Shown one piece after another: positions 1 to 12,457 of a DNA stretch of 64,000 bases; the first letter of the stretch is position 1, and every line of letters begins with the position of its first letter. Location of the stretch: contig ADNK01001960.1 of NCBI GenBank assembly GCA_000320545.1, positions 1 through 64,000 of the forward strand, given 5' to 3'. Source of the DNA: Bigelowiella natans CCMP2755. Lineage: Eukaryota > Protista > Cercozoa. Position numbers and translations under genes: made by a program. The notes under the pieces are model-generated. The model was not told where the DNA came from, did no database searches, and saw nothing but the letters and a program-made list of their open reading frames with translations.

Positions 1-632
1 TGCTGTTGGTTAAGTGCATACTTATTGTTAGCACTGATTTTGCAGGTCGCAGCGTGTGTTGCAGCCTCCTTCCATTTCTCAGCCAGCGCCCAATCCAACC
101 CGAGTTTCTTCGCAATTCCTATCATCAATAACATGGGCAATGAAGAGGAGGAGGAAAAGGAGGGGGAGGAGGAGGAGGAGGAGGAGGAGGAGGAGGAGGA
201 GGGGAAGGTGATTATGAATCCAAGAAATCAAAGTTATTCGAATATTGATTCCTACACTACTTGGTAGCAGCAGCAGCAGCATCTCACCTTTAATCATGAC
301 ACATGCCCTTCCAAGGAGAACCTGTGTGAGAAGAAACGAGTTCAGCCATCAGCAGCAGAGGCAAGATAATCGTAGTCGTCGTCACATACAAGGTGCTGTG
401 GAAATTCAGCAATGGCTTTCAAAGGAGAATTCGATCCTAGCTCATTCTGGGAATATCTACGGAGTATATTCGGATAGATACGGAGGGGGGGGGGGGATGA
501 AAAGTATGGATATGATGACACATATGAAATGGGCATGAGATAAGGAGAAGGAGATGGCAGAAACAGAGAAGAGTGAGAAGTACTTGAAAGCATATGATAC
601 ATATAAATATATTTTTTCTTTTTCACACACAA

Positions 633-668
<36 letters not shown>

Positions 669-729
669 CACACACAGATTTGTATCTTGTGTATGTTGTA
701 TATCTTTGGAGCTATCCGGCAGCAACTGT

Positions 730-768
<39 letters not shown>

Positions 769-2273
769 CACTACAAGGCAGATGTGTGCAGTTATATGCT
801 GCTTCTGACAGGTAAATGCTGCCTACGCGCGAGTTGTTTGCTATAGCAAAAAGTATATAGGAAGAAGATGAGAAGATACCCTCCAGGAAGGGGTACACTT
901 GTATCTCCAAAGAGCAGCAAAGCTACCGCTGCCGTAGTCTCTTTTGTGCTTCCTGATAGATATGGTAATGAATTCTGTGTTGTGTATTCTACATCGCTAC
1001 GTTCTTGACGTAACCTACGACAATTAGCCAGATTTTCGTGTGCAGATGAATGTCGTTTCTACCATCATAATTTGCTGCTCTGTGCTGCGACACCTCAGTC
1101 ATAATCATCATCATCATTATCGTCGTCATCACCATCATCGCCATCATCACCACCATTAGCCGCAGCATCAGTATCATCACGCATACTACCCGGTTCCAAC
1201 TCAAGCCCTAGTGCTTTTGCTGCGGTGTCCATGTCTTCAAACACAGCGCTCCTCTTTGCTGTATTATCATGTGTAAGGGCGAGCAGGGGAGGCAATATAA
1301 TCCTAGTTACATCAAAACTGAAAAGCATTGCAGCTTCGGTAGGTTGAATTCAGGAATGCAAGTAGTAGTAGTAGTAGTTGTTGTTGTTGTTGTTAGAGTA
1401 TTTGGATTAGCAGCAGCAGCAGCATTTAGCGACAAGATAATGACCGATATCCGCCTCGTCCGTGGATAGAAGTAGCTCTTTTGTAAGTTGGCCTGCCCCA
1501 CGCAAGACGACGACGAACGAATTACATTTGTAAAAGTATAAGGGAATGGGACACGTCGTATTGAAAGCAAAGCTGCAGCGATGAGGAAGAAGAAGAAAAA
1601 GAAGGGAAAGGAGCATCTTGTGTGACTGTTGTTTCCAGGCTCGTTATTATTTTTGGTGTTCTCCTCACCCGTAAGCATCACTAACTGGGCAATCCTTATT
1701 CGATCCTATTGGCAATAGCATGCAAATAATTGAAAAATAACTAGAAGAAGGAAAGGAGGAGGAAGGGAGGAGGGGGGTTGGGGAGGAAAGAAACACGTCG
1801 AGGGACAGCAAATACTAAGTACTACTACTGCTGCTACTGCTACTGCTACTTCGTTGGCGAGCTGCTTAAACTGCCCACAGTCCAAGAGCACTAATGATGG
1901 AGATCCTAAGAGGGGAAGTACAATAATACGAAAGGAAAAGAAGAGACGCAGAGAATGACGCACAATGTACATGAGGGAGGAGGAGGAGGAGAGGGGGGGG
2001 GGGGGGGGGGAAAAGAGTAGCGGCGTAAAAAGTCATGAGATATTGAACGCCGTACTTCTATTACCAACAACTAGTACTGACAATAGTAATACTCATAATT
2101 ACTACTACTATAAGCAGTGCTGTTGCTAAACCGGTATCATAATTACTACTACTATAAGCAGTGCTGTTGCTAAACCGGTATCGAGGCCTTCAAGCATGAG
2201 GTTTCCTGGATGCGGGTCTCCATGAATAAACCTGATGATAGGCATTGAGTGCTAAGCTCAGATACACAAATTC

Positions 2274-2306
<33 letters not shown>

Positions 2307-3195
2307 GCGTGTAGAACGGCTACGTGCTCATTCGTGCAACGACGACGGCGATTATACACTCCCAAAATGTGTCCCTCGGCCTGCCCTTTCTTGTTGTTGT
2401 TGTTGTTCTTCTTCTTCTTCTTCTTCTTATTATTATTATTATTATTCTCCCTCCCCACCATCGTACCCAGCTCCAAAGATCATTCGGCCATAGCCTTCTG
2501 TAAGTTGTGATAGCAGCCGTTGTCCTATCATCCGGTACATTCCCTCCTTGACACGGGTGGCGATTTTACTCATCCTGCCTCTCCCCACCGAGGCGTTTGC
2601 TTGTTCTCCTTGGCTTTCTTGCTGCTTCTCCTTTGCGAGGCGGGAGAGCGGTGTCCCTCGGATGAAATCCATCACCAACACCTAACAGCAGCAGCAGCAG
2701 CAGCAGAAGAAGGAGAAGAAGAAGAAGAAGAAGAAGAAGAATACTCGATTAGCAAGTAGTAGCTTCTCTCTTACTCAGCATGCACACAAGTTTTTTTAAC
2801 ATTGCCCGTGTATCGTCTCCTCAAGATGAAACGCCCTTATTCGTCGTAAAACACACTGTTCCCACTACAAATACGAGGAGAGCACTAATGATATATACAT
2901 GTTTGCGTTTACAAATATATTATTTATATTTCTATAGATACTGGTTTGTGGGTGATGATGTTGTTCACTGCAACTACTACTACTACTACTACTAGTAGTA
3001 GTACCCTCCTAGAAGCAAGGCCTGGGATCGGCAGCGGTACCCGTAGAGATGCCTTTGTAGGTTTCTGAGCAGCAGCAGCAGCAGCAACAACATCAACTCG
3101 TCAGATAATACCGTTTACCAAGAGCAAGATCCACATTAGGAACATCTCTACTTGTACACGCTACTGCTACAGCTGCTGCTGCTACGATAAGATCC

Positions 3196-3236
<41 letters not shown>

Positions 3237-3395
3237 GAAGAGTATGTATGTGTGTGCTATGAGGTTTAATTCTATGTATATCATGAGGACGATGTATGTT
3301 CCTACTACTACTACTACTACTGCTACTACTACTACCCCGTCAACTGTGTGAGCGACGGCTGCCGCCACCTTTCGTGCTGCTTGAGCTTCCTGTTT

Positions 3396-3436
<41 letters not shown>

Positions 3437-4803
3437 CTGTAGCATATTACATACGGCAGCACCCAAGAAAGCTTATTTCCACACGGCGTGCGAGGAAAGA
3501 CCGTTAGGTGTTTCTTCCTCTTTCACGCGTCGTTGCACGTTTATTCAATCAACGGGAATGAATGTATACCATCGATGATTTCAATTCAATTTTTTCCACG
3601 CTAGCAGTAGGTTGGAACTAGCACTGGCACATGAGGAGGGGGGGGATGGGATGTGATCTGTTTGTCTTGCTGTCACCTGCAGGAAGTCAAGCTCATTCTC
3701 TACTACTTTCTCGAGTTCGGAGAACACCTGGCGAGGTACCGTACAGGACAATATACACAGGGAGGGGGAGGGGGGGGGGGGGGGGCATTGGAACCTCAGC
3801 CCTCCTTTCTTCCAAGTCATATTTATTATAAATTACTTTGAAATAGTCCACAGGCAGTACTCCGCTCAACGCTTTGGCGAGCACCTGAAACGAAGATTTG
3901 ACGATGATGACGATGATGATAAACATGACGATTCACGATAATGACTGTTTCCGGCGAGGTGCTACGACTGCTGCTGCGAGGAGGCAGAGGCAGTTCTGTG
4001 GCGTCGTGAGAATAATGACAGCAAGTAGATCTCTCTCTTTCGGGGCCAGCAGCATCATGAGTACCTTAAGGTTTGCCAAATCCCCTCGCAGTTTCCTAAA
4101 ATATCGTCATGTTTCCAAGTATAAGATGAGTACTACCAAACAAATAATCTATACTTCTTTTTAAAAACTATCTTCTTCTTCTCCTCCTCCTTCCTCTCCC
4201 CCCTTTCCTACTACTGCTACTACTACTACTACTACTGCTACTAAAACTACTAAAACTACTTTTGTATTCCAGATCTCTGCACTTTGACCGCCACCTCACG
4301 GCCATCTAGAAGCACAGCCCGGTGAACCTATGATGGATAAAAGAAGAAGACGAAGAACAACAAGTGTGTATTATAGCTATTGTTATGCACATAAGTTTTT
4401 GGGCGTAATAATAGAGGGGGGAGAGATAGACAATATAAACAGATAGGTGTATAGAGAAAGAAAAAAATAAATGCCGCTGGTTTTGTTGTTGTTGTTGTTG
4501 TAAATATTCCCACTCAGCCGATGCATTCACACTTCTGTTTTGAGAACAACGAGGCGGCGTACGTGTAACAGCAGAAAGCAAGTAACTTCTCACCTGTGCG
4601 ATCGATGCAGCTCCCAAAGGCTCGTCGTCAAATTCACGGAACAGTTCATTCAACGGCCTTTTCATAGCACAAAGAGGCGAAACAGCCATACACAGGAAGA
4701 GAGAGAGAGAGAGAAGCATTATGAGCATCATTATCAGCATCATCAGCATAAACGTAGGATCTGTCTTGAGTATTTGTAGTGCTGATAGTAGAAGAAGAAG
4801 GAA

Positions 4804-4842
<39 letters not shown>

Positions 4843-5488
4843 ACTCTACTGCTACACGTGGCTGCTCAATTTGCGTGCAACTAACGACAAGAAGTAGGAG
4901 TACCTGCCATCAAGAAGGTCTTCTCGTACAGTTGCACGTGCTTCCTCTCCCGACATTGGCTGCAAATTATCCTATTGTTGGGGGAGAAGGGGGAGAAGGG
5001 GGGGAGAGATAAGAAAAAGAACCAGAGAGTAGAGAAAGAGGACGCAGGGGGGAGAGCCGCATGACAAAGAGCTCCATGATAAAGGGTTCGTTCACAGCAA
5101 ACCTGAAGATTCATTAGCTTTAACGTGTACCTATTCAGCAATGTAGCAAGTAAGCACAGCATCACACAGAGGTAGGTGTTACTACTCACACGTATTGTAC
5201 AGATTTGACTGAATCATCAGCGGATTTTATACAAAGAAGGGAGAAAAATGGTAGAGACTCTATCCTATCACAAATAATACATATGACAGCTAGGCTCGTG
5301 CGTGCTAGCAATTAGAATCTCTGTTCAAGCTTTTCTTATTATTACTGTTTGGGGAATAAGTCGACTCGGGTCGATATCACTTGCCCTGTCTTCACGTAGA
5401 ACCCTAGGACAGTTAATTTGTGCTTATATCGTATATCATCATCATATATTATTGATGGATTTCGACTTGAATAGGTAGATATGGAAAA

Positions 5489-5527
<39 letters not shown>

Positions 5528-6184
5528 TGTTTATTTGCGTAGGTACAGTGAGTGACATGCACGCATCATGAAAATGAACATCTATTGTCTGCAAAAGAGC
5601 TTGTCACCTTGCAGTCGTTCGATAGTTTTCAGTACTCTCTCCGAACCCCACTCATGGAGATCATCATACTGGATGCTATTATTGTTCACACCGGCGCCTC
5701 CTGTGGCCGTACTGTGCAACTTCCTTGCGAGCTCCCATTCACGCACCTTGTAGGCCGCAAACACAGGCAACACGTTCGTCCAAAATTGTATCGACCTCTG
5801 TGCTCTCTCAAGTGCTGTAAGCTCTCGTGACGGTTGAGCGGTAGAGGAAGAAGAGAATGGCATCAGAGATGAAGATCTTGATGTCAACAAATTGCGGTCC
5901 TGAATAACGAATCGAGCGAACGAGGTACTTCACGTCAGAGAATGGGACACAAAGTAGCAGTGCCTCGAATTCGCATTTCTGCGTATCACTGAGAAGGAAA
6001 ATGCTCGGAAAATGACCTGGGGAGGTGTCAGGGGCTTTCTTGCTCCCAGGATCTTCGAACCACTTCTCCTGGAGCTTGCCCGCAGCATCATCTCGGACCC
6101 AAGTTGCTTTCGCATTGCTGCAGGTCTTACCGCATCCACACCCACGTGCAGTGCTAGAATCATCCACCAAGTGAGAGCCACCAT
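1..6184 (-). CDS. ABC1/UbiB/COQ8-family atypical kinase (ABC1K), multi-exon, probably plastid-targeted; 3' end runs off the window
   Basis: Ordered exons carry family motifs: GFYVKTGQVISTRVDLFP (~5345-5403), FDDEPLGAASIAQV (~4592-4640), DGREVAVKVQ (~4275-4305), ELEKVVENELDF (~3680-3727), VLVMDFIRGTPL (~2650-2683), FIHGDPHPGNLML (~2190-2232), LLDCGQFKQL, LLGRACVMIKG and GIAKKLGLDWALAEKW (~70-120). The first exon MVALTWWMILALHVGVDA (ATG 6184) resembles a signal peptide and splices in frame (CAG|GT ~6016 to AG|GAC ~5900) onto a Ser/Arg-rich transit-like segment. Confidence 0.9.
2096..2182. repeat. 44-bp tandem duplication overlapping an ABC1K splice donor
   Basis: taattactactactataagcagtgctgttgctaaaccggtatc occurs twice back-to-back (2096 and 2140). 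Confidence 0.85.
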
Positions 6185-6600
6185 TGTAGTGGAGGAGGAA
6201 AGACACCGAAGCGACCCGTGCAGAGGGGTGGGGAAGGGGACGGTGGAGCTCATCGGTGCATGCTGCGGTTCCTGAGATGTGAGCCGAGAAGGCCCATTTC
6301 AGCCAAGCTTGCAACTGCGACAAGTAGTGAGAGCATTGAGTTCTTGCAAATCTTGTGGTGATTGATGAGAGATTCGAGTACGTCGACAGACACTGCTGGA
6401 ACAGGCAGATCACACCTCGTAATAACCACTGTTTGCCCGTCGCCACAAGAGCCGGCGATTATTCTCGTGCTTGGTTCTCCAGATGGTTTTTGATATTCAC
6501 GTGCGACATCAAATGTTGCATGTCGCACCCATGCAAACAATCCTAAAAGAAATGCGCAGAATTTGATAGGCGTTTTTGGTTTTGAAAGGGGCTTGAAAGC

Positions 6601-9033
6601 GTGGACTGCCTCGCGTTGTTGCGTTCGCTCGCGTACCTGGATCCGAAAAACATTCCATTGGAACTGGTTCTTCTTCTGAATTTTGACGAATCGCCCAATC
6701 AGGTTGAGGACACCAAGGATTGCAAGGAAGACGAAAAGAACGATGAGGAGCAGCTGACGGTGGTCTCTGAAGAGGACGAAGACGTGCGCGAAGCGTCAGT
6801 GCTTCTGGAGCGTTGTTCCTTGATGCAATGGAGCCAAGAAACCAATTGTGCAAACATGCACGCTGTTGCGCAAGAGACAGTGAGGTACCTGCAGCCACAA
6901 ACCAACATTGGAAATCTGGTTGAAGCTCCAACTGCCCACGGGGGAGACCACAGTGAATCTCACAACCGCCAGGAAGAATGGGCTGCAGTGCTCCAGCACG
7001 GAACCACGCTGCACAAGTCCTCCAAAGCAGAACACAGTTGGCAGCTAGCACAGGCTTCAGGAAAGGCCTGTGACGTTGCATGCCTTTGTGACAAAGCTTT
7101 GTCTTGGCACAGATTGAGCGCCAAACTCGCTGAAGCTGAAACTGAATCATCAGTTTCTGCTGAATCAAAAACAGGAAAAGAACCAGAAACAGCTGGCATC
7201 TGCTCAAACATCGGCTCAGTGCACCATGGCATGGGGAAGTACCCGGAGGCGCTCACGGAATGCAAGAAGAGTCTTGATGTCTCTTTGAAGGTGTGCGGCA
7301 CGGAGAAGCCCCAGCCGGATGTGGCGGCTGTCTGCAACAACATCGGCTCATTGCACCACAGCATGGGGAAGCACCCGGAGGCGCTCACGGAATTCAAGAG
7401 GAGTCTTGATGTCAGGTTGAAGGTGCACGGCACGGAGAAGCCCCATCCTTCTGTGGCGGGTGGCTGCGGCAACATCGGCTCATTGTGCGAAAGCATGGGC
7501 AAATGCCCGGAGGCGCTCACGGAACACAAGAAGAGTCTTGATGTCAGGTTGAAGGTGCACGGCACGGAGAAGCCCCATCCGGATGTGGCGACTAGCTGCG
7601 GCAACATCGGCTTTGTGCACGATGGCATGGGCAAATGCCCGGAGGCGCTCACGGAACACAAGAAGAGTCTTGACATCAGGTTGAAGGTGCACGGCACGGA
7701 GAAGCCCCATCCGGATGTGGCGGGTAGCTGCGGCAACATCGGCTCAGTGTGCGATGGCATGGGGAATCATCTGGAGGCGCTCAGGGAATGCAAGAAGAGT
7801 CTTGATGTCAGGTTGAAGGTGTGCGGCACGGAGAAGCCCCATCCGGATGTGGCGGGTGGCCACGGCAACATCGGCTCATTGCACCACAGCATGGGGAAGC
7901 ACCCGGAGGCGCTCACGGATCACAAGAAGAGTCTTGATGTCAGGTTGAAGGTGCACGGCACGGAGAAGCCCCATCCGGATGTGGCGGCTAGCTGCAACAA
8001 CATCGGCGGAGTGCACGAAAGCATGGGCAAATGCCCGGAGGCGCTCACGGAACACAAGAAGAGTCTTGATGTCAGGTTGAAGGTGCACGGCACGGAGAAG
8101 CCCCATCCTTCTGTGGCGGCTAGCCACAACAACATCGGCGGAGTGCACCAAAGCATGGGGAAGTGCCCGGAGGCGCTCACGGAACACAAGAAGAGTCTTG
8201 ACATCTGTTTGAAGGTGCACGGCACGGAGAAGCCCCATCCGGATTTGGCGGCTAGCTGCAACAACATCGGCGGAGTGTGCAAAAGCATGGGGAAGTGCCC
8301 GGAGGCGCTCACTGAACACAAGAAGAGTCTTGATGTCAGGTTGAAGGTGCACGGCACGGAGAAGCCCCATCCGGATGTGGCGGGTAGCTGCAACAACATC
8401 GGCTCATTGTGCGAAAGCATGGGCAAATGCCCGGAGGCGCTCACGGAATGCAAGAAGAGTCTTGATGTCTCTTTGAAGGTGCACGGCACGGAGAAACCCC
8501 ATCCTTCTGTGGCGGCCATCTGCAACAACATCGGCTCATTGCACTGTGGCATGGGGAAGTGCCCGGAGGCGCTCACGGAATTCAAGAGGAGTCTTGACAT
8601 CAGGTTGAAGGTGCACGGCACGGAGAAGCCCCATCCTTCTGTGGCGGGTGGCTGCGGCAACATCGGCTCATTGCACTGCAGCATGGGGAAGTGCCCGGAG
8701 GCGCTCACGGAACACAAGAAGAGTCTTGATGTCAGGTTGAAGGTGCACGGCACGGAGAAACCGCATCCGGATGTGGCGACTAGCCACGGCGACATCGGCT
8801 CATTGCACCACAGCATGGGGAAGCACCCGGAGGCGCTCGCGGAATTTGAAAAGGCTCACAACGTGCACTCCACCTGCCAAATGCATCATGATGGTTCCGA
8901 ATGCAAAGCTGTGATGTTCTCACTCACGTTGATGTGCAAAAAAGTGAGAAAAAAGGCAAGCAAAGGTGGGAGGAGACGCGTCACTGCAAAACTGAGAAAC
9001 AAACAAGGGAAAGGTCGGTGTGGAAAGAAATGA
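6601..9033 (+). pseudogene. TPR-repeat protein with an NLR (NB-ARC-TPR)-like winged-helix N-terminal remnant; hypermutated, Tyr codons converted to Cys/His
   Basis: 810-aa ORF with 13 44-aa repeats of the HPDVAxSxNNIGxxxxxMGKxxEALxExKKSLxxRLKVxG type. The N-terminus LLRSLAYLDPKNIP...LERCSLMQ...MHAVAQETVR resembles the winged-helix/MHD-like region of NB-ARC-TPR proteins. No Tyr occurs after the first repeat. Confidence 0.85.
7201..8850 (+). repeat. 13 x 132-bp tandem coding repeat (TPR units)
   Basis: Equivalent positions recur at an exact 132-bp period: 7201, 7333, 7465, 7597, 7729, 7861, 7993, 8125, 8257, 8389, 8521, 8653, 8785. Confidence 0.95.
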
Positions 9034-9449
9034 GGACATGGCCTGACCCTCCCCTTGCCAAAAAGCAAAGAGAACTGCCACGTGTGCGATGAACATGCAC
9101 GAAAGCCATGCATCTCAGTGAGGAGAGATGAACAAGTGGACACGCACGGCCATGACCGCCGCATTTCGTGCCACTCTGATGCACTTTGTCTGGCTCAGGG
9201 AAATTGTTGTCATCATTGTTGACTGCACAATGATGCACCAGAATTGATGCGCATTGCACCGCTAGCAGGCACAGCCGCCCCACATTTTGCACACACGCGA
9301 TGCACACGCAACATCATCACGGATGTGCACGTTTTGAAAAGTGAAGAAAATGCACATGCATGTGTGCCAGCATGCACGCGTTCATCAAAGACCACTCTGG
9401 CTAGCACTTGGTCATGTGTCTGACTGGCAATGGCATGGCATCCATTGAT

Positions 9450-10885
9450 CATCGTCATTCACATGCATGGCACTTGTTGTTGGAAAAGAAAAATGTGGGA
9501 AATGAAATGATTTGCAATCACATTGGGTCGATGATGGACACCTGTCTGTTGCTGTCCCGCCTGCTCGGATTGGTTGCGCGCTCAATCCACGTTGAAGAGA
9601 GTGACTTTGAGAAGATGTGATGGTGTTGGGACACGTGATGTTGTGCAGGGCATGCAAGTGGTGCACACATGGCTTTGTCCATCATGCGTGTCAAACGAAT
9701 CACTCATGACACACCAGCCCACGATGCGTCCAGGTCGCACAGGAGATGAAGTCCCATCTAGCCATCATTGTGGCCTGCTGATCCAGAAAGTGACTGTCGC
9801 AGGCATGAATTCTTTGAGCACGCTGGCAAGTGTGAGTCTGACGTGGTGGCCCAAGTTTCTTTCGCTTTTGTTTGTGATTGGAACTCGACACGGCAGGCTC
9901 ATTCCTGCATTCCATGCAGACTTGTTGTGTTTCCCCCCAAAAGCCCACTTTCACTCTGCCCTCACGCTTGCACAATGGTGGGGGTCAAAATGCATGCGGG
10001 CATTTCAAACATTTCAGATTTGAACAAAACCCATGTCATCTTTTTTTTGCGTTTTGAGGCTCATTTCGTGTTGTCGCTGCACTTGTTCACGCCCACTTCT
10101 TTTCCCTTTTTTGGCATTTTTTGGAACGGTGCAAGCTTTTTGCATCTGTCAGCCTGAGCAGTCATTTTGCAGCGTTCAGCATTGTCTCTTTTGTTTTTTT
10201 GCCCAGCATTGCGCGTGTCCTTTTTTGTCTGAAACCCTGCTAGCCTGTGGACACGGAAAAATCGCGAATGTGGTTCACCGCGCGCAGCAAGGGCACAATC
10301 TAGCAATGCTAGCTAGCCAGTGTTGCCAGATCATTGAAGACAAACGCACATCGGAACTTTGTCAACATGGCTAGACAGATTTGCGGGGCATTCGCACCCA
10401 TTGCATTGCAATCAACACAATGCAAATGTGTGCACATGCACATGCACATGCATGCATGTGTGTGCACATCCGCTTGGTGCTCTTCAGTCTGAATGATTGG
10501 AAGCAGTGGCAAAGGGCCGTGCACGGATGCCGATGGTGCAATGAACAATGCAGTGACGTCTCGCATTGGCCAAATGCAGGACACACTGCGAAGGTCATCA
10601 TTGCAACACTGCCCCAGGGGCGCTGTGCTCCTTCGTCTCTCTGTGATTCTTCTCTGCGAGTCGCTTTCTTCTTGCGTGCATGGCGGTGCCAGGAGGAGCT
10701 TCCAGTCGGCCCAATTCCACCGCAGCATCACAGAATGTTTGTGGGCGATGAGCATGCCAATGCGCATCCTCATCAATTGGCAAAAAGGAAAGAACACCCA
10801 TCAATGAAAAACCATGAAATCAAAATGCTCAAATGAAAGTGACGGCCGCGCAGTTTCTCGCGTCATCACAACGTGCGCAAATCAC

Positions 10886-10966
<81 letters not shown>

Positions 10967-12423
10967 TGCATGCACATGCACACGTGTGTGCACATGTGTG
11001 TGCATTTCACGTTCATCTTGAGAGATGTTCGGGATTGCCTTTCTTCACGTCGCAAGATCGAAGCACATCGCCAACCCTCTCATCGTGCATCATTCGCGAG
11101 GCAAACGGCTCGACAAATCGGAATGCGACTGCACCCCCAGGCAGCTTTGTCTTCTCCACCATCGTGTTCTGGGGATGCGTGAACAGAGCGCGTTGCATGC
11201 AAAGACTTGCAAATGCCTTTTCAATGAAAAACCACAGGGAGGCACTGCGAAGCGAAAAGTTGTGAATCGAGATTCCTCTTGAAGGAGACGGCTCGCTGGG
11301 ATGTTTGGCACGCTGACGCGTCCTTGTCTTTTTTCGAAGCAAAAGGGCGGTGTGCACATTCGTGTGACTGCCGTGTGACTCGCCGAGGAAGGAAAAACGA
11401 AAAACAGTTTCTTTTTTTTTTTTTCAAATTGAAAAAAGGAAAAGAACAGAGCTTCTGAAGTGAAAACCCCTGACAGTGATCGATCTGGCACTCTGTCGAT
11501 GCGATGAGCTTTGTGTCCTTTTCGTCGAGCGCTGCCTTTTGGCACTCGTGGACCTCCTCTGACGTTTGGAAGTGCGGAAGTCTCCCGGTGGAATGTGGAT
11601 CTTTGAGCATCTTTCTCTTGTCTTGCATCAATTCGGCTTCAGTCCGTGTTGTTCACAAGCGTGGCCTCGGATGAATGACGAACATGCACACATGTGTGCA
11701 TGTGCATGTGCACATGCATGCATGGCCGAACTGAAGGATCTACACACTCAGACATGAAGCGTGTCGAACACACACACGCAACACAGACACACACCCACAC
11801 ACACACACACACACATCTTGCAATCAGTCAAAACAACACTGCTGCAAAATCTGATTTCACCCTCCGGGAGGCCGCATGGGGGTCAAAGATGTCATCATCC
11901 CCACAACAAGAAAGAGCAAAGGCGAACACAGCGGCCGACCAGCGCGAGAAGCACAAGACCATTGCGTGGAGAACTGTCCTTTCAATGTGCGCGGTTCAGG
12001 GCTAGCGCGCTGACGAATTGCAGCATCTTCATCAACTCCGACGATGGTTGAGCTCATGTTCATGCCCATCTCATTTGCCGTGAGCCTCTTCGAAATTGTC
12101 ATTGATGTGTGTGTGCATGTGTGTGTGTGTGTGTGTGCACGTGTGTGGCGGTGTGCACGTGTCTCACAGTGAAGGGCGCAGGTTCTCCAACTCGGCTTCT
12201 GGAACAACGCATTGGCCATTCATTGCCTGTGAGCGCCAAAAACGAATGGCAGCTGGTGTCAAGACACAGTTCCAATTTGATGTCAAGATCTGCAGCAGTC
12301 AATGTCACATGCGGCTTTTGCAAGCAAATCGCTCGTTCTGCCATCAACGATGCTGCTTTTGATTTTTGCTGTATTCGCGTTGGAATGGCTTTTGGCTGCT
12401 CCGCGATGACCGTGAGAGGCATG

Positions 12424-12457
<34 letters not shown>

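Noticed and set aside
25-5200. Poly-E/L/M/HT/YI ORFs in the ORF track
   Set aside because: They are translations of intronic microsatellites.
6475-6500. FSRWFLIF as an NB-ARC Walker B remnant
   Set aside because: It lacks the following Asp, there is no Walker A, and it lies too close to the winged-helix region; probably chance.
7201-8850. Diversity-generating retroelement (adenine mutagenesis)
   Set aside because: DGRs give A>N on one strand within a short variable repeat and need a reverse transcriptase. Here changes are transitions on both strands, TpA-specific and span kilobases, and no RT is seen.
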